A model generated the notes under the pieces. The model made no database searches. It was not told where the DNA came from and saw only the letters and a list, made by a program, of their open reading frames with translations. From positions 199,039 to 263,038 of the forward strand of contig CAWFBJ010000031.1 of assembly GCA_963814055.1 (NCBI GenBank): 64,000 nt of DNA. Direction: 5' to 3'. This document shows positions 49,308-58,118 of the stretch, in pieces. Source of the DNA: an uncultured Alphaproteobacteria bacterium (lineage in GTDB: Bacteria; Pseudomonadota; Alphaproteobacteria; Rhizobiales; Hyphomicrobiaceae). The translations under genes were made by a program, and so were the position numbers. Within the stretch, counting starts at the first letter, position 1. Each line of letters begins with the position of its first letter.

Positions 49308-49332
49308 CCATGTGGGCGGCGCTGCAGGGTGA
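49308..49332 (+). repeat. direct repeat copy 2: CCATGTGGGCGGCGCTGCAGGGTGA
   Basis: See 48220-48245. This copy directly abuts the GTG/ATG start region of the FAD monooxygenase. Confidence 0.8.
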
Positions 49333-49338
49333 GTGCCT

Positions 49339-50964
49339 ATGACCCATCCCAGAGATGTGACGTTTCCCCATAAGCGCTCGGCGGACCAGGACCTTGCTGC
49401 GCCGGCGCAGCATCCGATCGTCATCGTGGGGGCCGGACCTGTCGGGCTCGTTGCCGCGCTCGACCTCGCGCGCAAAGGCCATCGCAGCGTCGTCATCGAC
49501 TCCAAGAGCAATCTGTCCGACGGCAGCCGTGCGATCTGCTGGGCCAAGCGCAGCCTGGAAATCATGGACCGGCTGGGACTCGGGCAAGCCCTGGTCGACA
49601 AGGGCGTCACCTGGAAGAACGGCAAGGTTTTTTTCGACGAGCGGCAGGTGTTCGCCTTCGACCTGCTGCCGGAAGAAGGTCATCGCAGGCCGGCTTTCAT
49701 CAACCTACAGCAGTACTATTTCGAGCATGCCTGCATCGAGGCGGCGGCCAGGACCGGCCTGATCGACGTGCGCTGGCGGGAGGAGGTGCAGGGCCTCGAG
49801 CAGACCGGCGACGGATCGCTGCTGACGGTTGCCACGCCGGATGGTTCCTATCGCGTGCTGGCCGACTGGGTGATCGCAGCGGACGGCGCGCGCTCCACCA
49901 TGCGACGGCTGATGGGCCTCGAATTCGAGGGCCGCGTGTTCCAGGACCAGTTCCTGATCTGCGACATCAAGATGAAGATGGAGCGGCCGGCGGAACGCTG
50001 GTTCTGGTTCGATCCGCCGTTCAATCGCGGGCGTTCGGCGCTGCTGCACAAGCAGGCCGATGACGTGTGGCGGCTCGACTTCCAAGTGGGCGACCAGGCC
50101 GATCGCGACGAGGAAATGAAGCCCGAGAATGTCGCAAGGCGCGTGCGCGCGATGCTGGGCGAGGACGTGGCGTTCGACTTCGAGTGGATCAGCCTCTATC
50201 GCTTCCAGTCGCGGCGACTGAAACAGTTCCGTCATGGCCGGGTGCTGTTTGCCGGCGATGCCGCGCACCAGATGTCGCCGTTCGGCGCGCGCGGTGGCAA
50301 CAGCGGCGTCCAGGATGCCGACAATCTGGCCTGGAAGCTCGATCTGGTGCTGCGCGGGCTGGCGCCGGACGCCTTGCTCGACAGCTATCATCACGAGCGC
50401 GCCCAGGCCGCCGACGAGAATCTGCTGCACACCACGCGCTCCACGGATTTCATCGCGCCCAAGAGTGAGATCAGCCGCGTGTTCCGCGACAGCGCCCTGG
50501 CGCTCGCCGAGACCGAGCCGTTCGCGCGCCGGTTGGTCAATTCAGGGCGGCTTTCGACCGCGACCTGCTACGGCCAGTCCGCGCTCAACGGCCCCGACGA
50601 ATTCGCACCCGGCGAAGCGCCGGTGGTTTGCCCGGGCGCCGCGGCCCTCGATGCCCCGCTCGATAATGGCGCCTGGCTGCTCGACCGGATCGGCGGCAGC
50701 TTCACCGGCGTCTGGTTCTGTCGCGACGGGGTGGTCCCGCTGGACCTGTCGGAGGAGTTCGCCGCACGCGGCAGCCGACAGCTGCCCGTTAACCAACTGG
50801 CCGTTGTTTCACGTGAAACAGCGTGCGCGCGCTATGGCGCGGAGACCGGACCGGCGTTCTATCTTTTCCGTCCCGACCAGCATGTGGCGGCACGCTGGCG
50901 CAGCTTCTCCGCCGCAGCAACGGACCATGCTTTGGCACGTGCCATCGCAGGCACGGCACGCTGA
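49339..50964 (+). CDS. FAD-dependent aromatic hydroxylase (PheA/TfdB/MhpA family)
   Basis: HPIVIVGAGPVGLVAALDLARKGHRSVVIDS is followed by ...VIAADGARSTMRR... and ...LFAGDAAHQMSPFGARGGNSGVQDADNLAWKL.... Confidence 0.85.
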   Translation: MTHPRDVTFPHKRSADQDLAAPAQHPIVIVGAGPVGLVAALDLARKGHRSVVIDSKSNLSDGSRAICWAKRSLEIMDRLGLGQALVDKGVTWKNGKVFFDERQVFAFDLLPEEGHRRPAFINLQQYYFEHACIEAAARTGLIDVRWREEVQGLEQTGDGSLLTVATPDGSYRVLADWVIAADGARSTMRRLMGLEFEGRVFQDQFLICDIKMKMERPAERWFWFDPPFNRGRSALLHKQADDVWRLDFQVGDQADRDEEMKPENVARRVRAMLGEDVAFDFEWISLYRFQSRRLKQFRHGRVLFAGDAAHQMSPFGARGGNSGVQDADNLAWKLDLVLRGLAPDALLDSYHHERAQAADENLLHTTRSTDFIAPKSEISRVFRDSALALAETEPFARRLVNSGRLSTATCYGQSALNGPDEFAPGEAPVVCPGAAALDAPLDNGAWLLDRIGGSFTGVWFCRDGVVPLDLSEEFAARGSRQLPVNQLAVVSRETACARYGAETGPAFYLFRPDQHVAARWRSFSAAATDHALARAIAGTAR

Positions 50965-50994
50965 CACGCACACGCTCCGACTATGGGGACACGC

Positions 50995-51198
50995 ATGAAC
51001 CTGAAGCACGATGCCAACATTGCCGATGCCGACGGACTGTACGCGGCCATCATCGAGGCACATAGCGGCCTATCGCAGGACGACAGCATAGCGCTGAACG
51101 CCCGGCTGGTGCTGCTGCTCGCCAACCATATCGGCGATGCCAAGGTGCTGCAGGAGGCCATTGCAGCCGCGCGTGCGTCGATGGAGAAGCGGGGATAA
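50995..51198 (+). CDS. DUF2783 small protein (possible coupling subunit of the adjacent hydroxylase)
   Basis: ...DGLYAAIIEAHSGLSQDDSIALNARLVLLLANHIGD... fits my recollection of DUF2783. It lies immediately downstream of the hydroxylase gene. Confidence 0.55.
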   Translation: MNLKHDANIADADGLYAAIIEAHSGLSQDDSIALNARLVLLLANHIGDAKVLQEAIAAARASMEKRG

Positions 51199-51331
51199 GT
51201 ACTTTTCTTCTCCGGGCACGCACAGAGTGCTCGCGCCGCTTCACACAACTTTACCGCCGCGCAATGCGGTGGACATGCCGGCCATGCACTCTACGCCGCG
51301 TCTGCTCCTGAATCAGCCAATGCAGGTGTCG

Positions 51332-51472
51332 ATGCGAGACGACCCGGACAGCACCGGCCTAAACGCGCCAGCGCAGCGTTTCGCATGGCGCGGATTGATC
51401 GAGCTGCTGATCGGATCGGCCGTGATCGGCCTGATCTTCCTGCTGGCGATCTTTGTGGCGCTTGCGAATTGA
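51332..51472 (+). CDS. possible small tail-anchored membrane peptide (46 aa)
   Basis: The translation is MRDDPDSTGLNAPAQRFAWRGLIELLIGSAVIGLIFLLAIFVALAN. Third-position G+C is high (about 78% by hand count). I recognised no family, and no clear ribosome-binding site is present. Confidence 0.2.
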   Translation: MRDDPDSTGLNAPAQRFAWRGLIELLIGSAVIGLIFLLAIFVALAN

Positions 51473-51520
51473 CCGGCAAGCGCCTGAACGCCACCAAACC
51501 TGCGCCCCTATCGGCCACTT

Positions 51521-52411
51521 TCACGCAGCAATCGAAGGCTTCGCCGGCTTCAGGCACGCAACGAAGCTCTGCAACGCGCTGTCCTCATGGGCAACACGCC
51601 GCCGCACGAACAGCGTTTCCACGCGCCTTTGTGCGCCACTGAGCCCGTGGGCGCGGACACTGCCGCTCAGCTCGCTGCGTTCCACGACCATGCGCGGCAG
51701 CAGCGTAACGCCCATGCCCGCCGACACGCAGCCGATCATGCCATCCAGCGTGCCGAATTCGAGCCGCGTGGCGCACGGCCAGCCCAGCTCCGCCAGCAAC
51801 TGCTCCAGCCGCTGCCGGTACGAGCAGCCGGCGCGGAATACCAGGATGGTCGGCCCCACGTCGCGCGTGTCCGCACGCAGCGCCGCAAGGCTGGTCCAGC
51901 GTCGCGCCGTCACGAGCACCAGCTCTTCCTTGAAGGCCGGCACAGTCGCCAGCTCGGGATGCTCGATCGGTCCTGCCACGAATGCCCCATCGAGCGAGCC
52001 GTCGAGCACCGCCGCCACGAGCGACGCGGTAGGCCCGGTGCGCAATGTCAACTGCACGGCCGGAAAGCGCTGGTGGAAGCGGGTGAGCAACAACGGCAGG
52101 CGCACTGCCGCAGTCGTTTCCATGGACCCGATCGCAAGCGGCCCCTTCGGCCGGCCGTCATCGCGCGCCGCGACGAGCGCTTCCCGCGTCATGGCGGCCA
52201 GACGGCTGGCGTAAGGCAGCAGCCGCCGGCCGGCTCCCGTCAGGGTCATGCCCCGGCTGTGGCGCTCGAACAGCGGTACGCCAACCTCGGTTTCCAATGT
52301 GCGAATGCGGTTGGTGACGTTCGATTGCACGGTATTGAGCTCACCGGCCGCGCGGGTAATGCCGCCGCAGCGGGCGACCGTCGAGAAGGTCACGAGATCG
52401 GATAGCTCCAT
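51521..52411 (-). CDS. LysR family transcriptional regulator
   Basis: MELSDLVTFSTVARCGGITRAAGELNTVQSNVTNRIRTLETEVGVPLFER is the HTH region. A LysR substrate-binding domain follows. Confidence 0.9.
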   Translation of the reverse strand: MELSDLVTFSTVARCGGITRAAGELNTVQSNVTNRIRTLETEVGVPLFERHSRGMTLTGAGRRLLPYASRLAAMTREALVAARDDGRPKGPLAIGSMETTAAVRLPLLLTRFHQRFPAVQLTLRTGPTASLVAAVLDGSLDGAFVAGPIEHPELATVPAFKEELVLVTARRWTSLAALRADTRDVGPTILVFRAGCSYRQRLEQLLAELGWPCATRLEFGTLDGMIGCVSAGMGVTLLPRMVVERSELSGSVRAHGLSGAQRRVETLFVRRRVAHEDSALQSFVACLKPAKPSIAA

Positions 52412-52525
52412 GCGATTGTTCCGTTCTGTATTTCAGATGTCTGAGTTCGAAATATATCGTTTCTAAAGAACGCTACCGGCTTCTATCCTGCCTGTCCAGG
52501 CTGGTGCAGCACGGAGGGTTTACAG
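52412..52525. promoter_or_regulatory. AT-rich divergent promoter region between the LysR gene and the NMO gene
   Basis: G+C is about 45%. The region contains ATTTC..N14..GAAAT and CGTTCT...AGAACG inverted motifs, which are candidate LysR boxes. No experimental basis exists. Confidence 0.3.
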
Positions 52526-53521
52526 GTGCCGATCAAGACGCCGCTGACGCAAGTGCTGGGGATCAGGCATCCGATCCTGCTGGCGGCCATGGACCTGGTG
52601 GCCGATGCCAAATTGACGGCCGCAGTTTCGGAAGCGGGCGGCTTCGGCATTCTCGGCGCCGGCTACGGCGACGCGGACTGGCTCGCGCGCGAGCTGCCTC
52701 AGCTGGTCGAAGCCAAGCAGAGCCGCAACCTGCCGTTCGGTGTCGGCTTCATCACATGGAGCCTCGCCAGGCAGCCGCAGCTGCTCGACCAGGCGCTGGC
52801 CGCCAAGCCCGATGCCATCTGGCTTTCGTTCGGCGATCCAGCCCCTTTCGCAGCGAAGGTGAAGGCCGCGGGCATCCCGCTCATCTGCCAGGTGCAGACG
52901 GTGGCCATGGCCGAAGACGCGGTAGCGAAAGGCGCCGACATCATTGTCGCGCAGGGTGGCGAGGCCGGCGGGCACGGCGTTGCGCGCAGCTCCCTCACGC
53001 TGGCGCCGGCCGTGGTGGATGCGGTGGGAAAGAAAGTGCCGGTAGCGCTGGCCGGTGGCGTCGGTGACGGGCGCGGTCTAGCCGCCGCCCTCATGCTCGG
53101 CGCGCAAGGCGTGGTGCTCGGGACGCGCCTTTACGCCAGCCAGGAAGCTGCCGGCCACGCCGACGCAAAAGCCCGCATTGTCGCCGCCTCCGGCGACGAC
53201 ACCCTGCGCAGCATCGTGTTCGACATATCGCGGCGCAACGTATGGCCTGCTCCTTACACCGGCCGCTGCCTCGTCAACGACCACACGCGGCGCTGGGCCG
53301 GCCGCGAGGTCGAGCTGATGCGCAACATCGACGCGGAGGAGGCGCGCTATCTCGCAGCCCGCAAGAGCGGCGACTTCGACGTTGCGGCTGTCATTGCGGG
53401 CGAAGTTGCCGGCGTCATCCACGACATACCGCCAGCCGGCGACATCATCCGCCGCATGGTGACGGACGCGGAAACCCTGCTCACGAACGCCGGAGGCTTC
53501 TGCGCACCGACCAACCGCTGA
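52526..53521 (+). CDS. nitronate monooxygenase family protein
   Basis: ...LGIRHPILLAAMDLVAD...PFGVGFITW...IVAQGGEAGGHG...LAGGVGDGRG... fits the family. A GGAGGG ribosome-binding site lies 7 nt before the GTG at 52526. Confidence 0.8.
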   Translation: MPIKTPLTQVLGIRHPILLAAMDLVADAKLTAAVSEAGGFGILGAGYGDADWLARELPQLVEAKQSRNLPFGVGFITWSLARQPQLLDQALAAKPDAIWLSFGDPAPFAAKVKAAGIPLICQVQTVAMAEDAVAKGADIIVAQGGEAGGHGVARSSLTLAPAVVDAVGKKVPVALAGGVGDGRGLAAALMLGAQGVVLGTRLYASQEAAGHADAKARIVAASGDDTLRSIVFDISRRNVWPAPYTGRCLVNDHTRRWAGREVELMRNIDAEEARYLAARKSGDFDVAAVIAGEVAGVIHDIPPAGDIIRRMVTDAETLLTNAGGFCAPTNR

Positions 53522-56500
53522 CCGGAACGCTCACTCCGCCGGCTGCACACGCTCCACGGGCGCAGGCTTCCGGCGCTCGGCCGAGTCCTGCCAGCCAGCG
53601 CGAGATCACGTAGAACACCGGCGTGAAGATCAGGCCGAAGATGGTCACGCCGATCATGCCGGCGAACACGGCGGTGCCCAGCGTCTGCCGCAGCTCGGCG
53701 CCGGCACCCGTCGCCCACACCAGCGGCACCACGCCGAGAATGAACGCCAGCGACGTCATCAGGATCGGCCGCAGCCGCAAACGCGCAGCCTCGGCGGCGG
53801 CCGCCCAGCGGTCGCGGCCGTGGTCCTCGAGCTGCCGGGCGAACTCCACGATCAGGATCGCATTCTTCGCCGCCAGCCCGATCAGCACGATGAACCCGAC
53901 CTGGGTGAGGATATTGTTGTCCTGCCCGCGCAGGATGACGCCGGTAATGGCCGCCACGAGACACATGGGCACGATCAGGATGACCGCCAGCGGCAACGTC
54001 AGGCTCTCGTACTGCGCCGCGAGCACCAGGAACACGAACACGACGGCCAGCATGAAGGCGAAGATCGCCGTGCTGCCCGCCCGGAGCTGCTGATAGGCCA
54101 GCGTGGTCCACTCGTAGCTGAAGCCTTCGGGCAGGGTCTGCGCCGCGAGCTTCTCCATCGCCTGGATCGCCTGACCCTGGGAATAACCGGGCGCCGCCGT
54201 GGCATCGAGCTCGGCCGCCGGATATAGATTGTGGCGCGGCACCCGATAGGGTCCCGACGTATCGCGCACGGTGGTGAACGAGCCGAGCGGCACGGTATCG
54301 CCGCGGCTGTTGCGAACGCGGATCTTGAGCACGTCCTTGGTGTCGAGCCGGTAGGCGGCATCCGCCTGCGCGGTGACGCGGAAGGTGCGGCCCAGCAGGT
54401 TGAAGTCGTTGACGTAGGTGGAGCCCAGATAGGTCTGCAGCGCGCCGAACACGTCGGACACGTTGATGCCGAGCATCTGCGCCTTGGTGCGGTCGATGTC
54501 GAGATAGAGCTGCGGCGTCGAGGTCTCGAACAGCGAGAACACCTGCGTCAGCCCCGGCGTCTTCGCCGCGCCGCCCATCATGGCGTCGACGGCGCCCTGC
54601 AGCTCCTGCGAGCCGCGTCCCGCTCGGTCCTGGATCATCATGCGCACGCCGCCGGCATTGCCGACGCCACGAACCGGTGGCGGTTGCACCACCAGCACCA
54701 GCGATTCCTGGATTCCGGCAAGCCGCTGGAACAGCGCGCCCTGGATGGCGGCGGCGGACTTTTGCGGATTGCCGGCGCGCTCCTCGAACGGCTCGAGCAC
54801 GAAGAACACGGCGCCCGCGTTCGGCGCATTGGTGAACGTGGCGCCGGAGAAACCGACGATGTTGACCGCATGCGCCACGCCCGGCGTCTTCAGGGCGATG
54901 TCGACGACGCGGCGATTGACCTCGTCGGTGCGCGCCAGCGACGCGCCGGCGGGCAGCTGCGTCACGCCGATCAGATAGCCGGCGTCCTGTTGCGGGATGA
55001 ACCCGGCCGGCGTCTTGCGGAACTCGTTGAGGCCGTAGCCCAGGATCGCCGCATACGCGACCAGCATGACCACCGCCACCCGCACGATGCGCGCCGCGAA
55101 CCAGCCGTAGCCTGCGGCCAGCTTGTCGAAGCCCGCGTTGAAGATGCGGAAGAAGGCGTGGATCGGCCGGGTCCACCGGCTGGCCTGGCTATGGTCCGTG
55201 GTGTGCGGCTTCAGGAGCAGCGCGCACATGGCGGGCGACAGCGTCAGCGAAACGATGAGGGAGATGACGGTCGCGCCGGCGATCGTCAGCGCGAACTGCT
55301 GGTAGAACTGCCCCGAAATGCCGGTGATGAAGGCCGACGGCACGAACACGGCGCACAGCACCAGCGCGATGGCGACGAGCGCCGATCCCACCTCGTCCAT
55401 GCTTTTCCGGGCCGCATCGCGCGGCGACAGCCCGGCGGCGATATTGCGCTCGACGTTCTCCACCACGACGATGGCGTCGTCCACCACGATGCCGATGGCC
55501 AGCACCAGGCCGAACAGCGACAGATTGTTCAGCGAGAAGCCGAACATCGCCATCACCAGGAACGTGCCGATCAGCGATATGGGAATGGCGACCAGCGGAA
55601 TGACGGCCGCGCGCCAGGTCTGCAGGAACAGGATCACCACCAGCACCACCAGGATCACGGCTTCGCCGATGGTCTCGGTGACCGCGTTCACCGATTGCTG
55701 GATGAACTGCGTGGGATTGTAGATGATGGTGTACTTGAGGCCCGCCGGAAAATTCTTGGCGAGCTGGTCCATGGTCGCCTGCACCGCCTTCGCCGCGGCC
55801 AGGGCGTTGGACCCCGGCAGCTGGAAGATGCCGATGCCGATGGCCGGGTCGCGGTCGAGATAGGAGTTGGTCGTGTAGTCGAGCGCCGCTAGGTCGACCT
55901 TGGCCACGTCCTTGATGCGCACGACGGCGCTTTCGCTTTGCTTGACGACGATGTTGCCGAACTCGCTGGGATCGGCGAGGCGCCCGAGCGTCTGCACGGC
56001 GATCTGGAATGCGCCGGGCTGCGTCCACCGGCGGCTGGTTGAGCACGCCCGAGGCCACCTGCACGTTCTGCGCCTGCAGCGCCGTGACCACGTCGCCCGG
56101 CGGTCAGCCCCAGCGATTGCAGACGGTCCGGGTCGAGCCACACGCGCATGGAATAGTCGCGGCTGCCGAACACGGTGATCGAGCCGACGCCGTCGATGCG
56201 GCTCAGCACGTCCGTCACCTGCGTGCTGGCGTAGTTGGAGATGAACAGCGTGTCGCGCGACTTGTCGGGCGAATAGAGGTGCACGACCATCATCAGGTCG
56301 GGCGAGGCCTTGGCGACCGTGACGCCGATGTTGCGCACGTCCGCCGGCAGCCGCGGCTGCGCGATGGCGACCCGGTTCTGCACCTGCACCTGCGCAATAT
56401 CGAGATTGGTGCCGAGATCGAAGGTCACGGAAATCGAGAAGCGGCCGTCTCCCGTCGAGTTGGACGAGACGTAGAGCATGTTCTCGACGCCGTTGATCTG

Positions 56501-56707
56501 CTGCTCGAGCGGCGCCACCACCGTGGCGGCGACGACCTCGGCGCTGGCGCCGGGATACTGGCCCGTGACGTTGACCACCGGCGGCGCGATCTCGGGATAC
56601 TGCGCGACCGGCAGCCGCCCGAACGAGACCGCCCCCAGGATCACGAACACGATGGAAACGACCGCCGCAAAAATCGGCCGGTCGATGAAGAAGTGCGAGA
56701 TGCGCAT
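53481..56707 (-). pseudogene. RND efflux transporter permease (AcrB/HAE1 family), at least two frameshifts
   Basis: MRISHFFIDRPIFAAV...DPDRLQSLGLTAG is in one frame, DVVTALQAQNVQVASGVLNQPPVD in a second, and QPGAFQIAVQTLGRLAD...VVDDAIVVVENVERN...FTPVFYVISRWL in a third. The switches lie at about 56093-56101 and about 56018-56026. A more natural C-terminus (...APVERVQPAE*) ends at 53531 in another frame, which suggests a third shift near 53560-53575. Confidence 0.9.
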
Positions 56708-56723
56708 CGGGTGGCCCGCCTGA

Positions 56724-57935
56724 TCAGTTCAAGGGTGCCGGCGCGCCCGGCACCGGGGCAGCGGAGGCGGTCGACTGCTGCGGGCGTGACTTTCACCCCA
56801 GGCCGCACGCGCATCAGGCCGTTGACGACCACGCGGTCGTTGGCCTCGAGCCCGGACGCGACCACGCGCAGTCCTTCGATCACGGCCCGAGCGTCACGTA
56901 CTTCGCACGGGCGACGTTCTCATCGTCGACCACGAGCACGAACTTGCGCACCTGCTCGGTGCCGATCGCCACATCGGGCACCAGCAGGGCCTCGCCCGGC
57001 GGCCCCGAGGCGACCTGGATGCGGCCGAACATGCCCGGCGTGAAGGTGCCGTCCGGGATTGGCGAACTCCGCGCGTCCGCGGATGGTGCCGGAGGAGCGG
57101 TCGATGGCGTTGTCGACGAAATCCATGCGCCCCTGATGCCCGAACGCCTTCTCGTCGAGCAGCTTGAGTTTCACGGGCACGTTGGCGCCGCGGCTTGCAG
57201 GTCGGGATCCGGTCTTGGCGGCGCGCAGGTAGCGCAGGTAGGAGGTCTCATCCATCGTGAACTCGAACCGGATGGGATCGATCGACTGGATGGTCGCCAG
57301 CAGGGTCGTGGTGCCCGTCGTGCCGCCCGTCACAAGATTGCCGGGCGAAACGCGACGATCGCCGATGCGGCCCGACACGGGCGCGCGCAGCTCGGTGAAC
57401 TCCAGGTCGAGCTCCGCCTGCCGCACCGCCGCTTCCTGCGCCGAAACGTTGGCCTCGCGCGACGCGCTTGGCCTGCGTGCGCTGCTCGAACGTCTGCTGC
57501 GAGATGATATTGCCGCCGAGCAGGTTCTGTCCGCGCGCCAGGTCGGCCTCGGCGAACGCCAGATTGGCCTTGGCCTGGGCCAGACTGGCGCGGGCCTGGT
57601 CCACCGTGTTCTGGAACGGCCGCCGATCCACGGTGAACAGCAGGTCACCCTTGTTGATCAGCTGGCCGTCCTGGAAATGAATCTTTTCCAGATAGCCCGA
57701 GACCCGCGCCCGCACTTCGACCGCATCGACGGCAACGAACCGCCCGACGTACTCGTCCTGATCGACAACGGTCTTCGTCACCGGCCGCGCGACCGTCACC
57801 TGCGGCGGCGGGGGTGCCGCCTTTGGTCTGGGATTCGCTGCGCTCACACGCAGCGAGCGCAAGCCCGAGCGGCAGCAACAGGAAAACGGCCGCCACGCGG
57901 ACGGTGAAATGGGAAGGTGGCATGAAACCCTGCAA
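56724..57935 (-). pseudogene. RND efflux periplasmic adaptor (membrane fusion protein, lipoprotein), five frameshifts
   Basis: The lipobox is LPLGLALAAC. Conserved blocks follow: VTVARPVTKTVVDQDEYVGRFVAVDAVEVRARVSGYLEKIHFQDG..., EANVSAQEAAVRQAELDLEFTELRAPVSGRIG..., DGTFTPGMFGRIQV...LLVPDVAIGTEQVRKFVLVV... and VIEGLRVVASGLEANDRVVVNGLMRVRPGVKVTP. The blocks fall in different frames. The switches lie at about 57838-57850, 57453-57462, 57052-57058, 56882-56889 and 56778-56786. Confidence 0.8.
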
Positions 57936-58118
57936 GTCTAGCGGCTATGGTGCACCGCAGCGATATAGGGCCTCATCGCGCGTCGAGGGCAGGCGTGCTC
58001 GCGCGCTTGTGATGCCTCGTGTTCGCGAGCAAAAGCCTGATTTGCAGGCAGATTTGAGCGATGCGCCCCTGCTGCCAAATCGCAGTTCGAGAGAATGGCG
58101 ACATCGCGCCGAGGGCAT

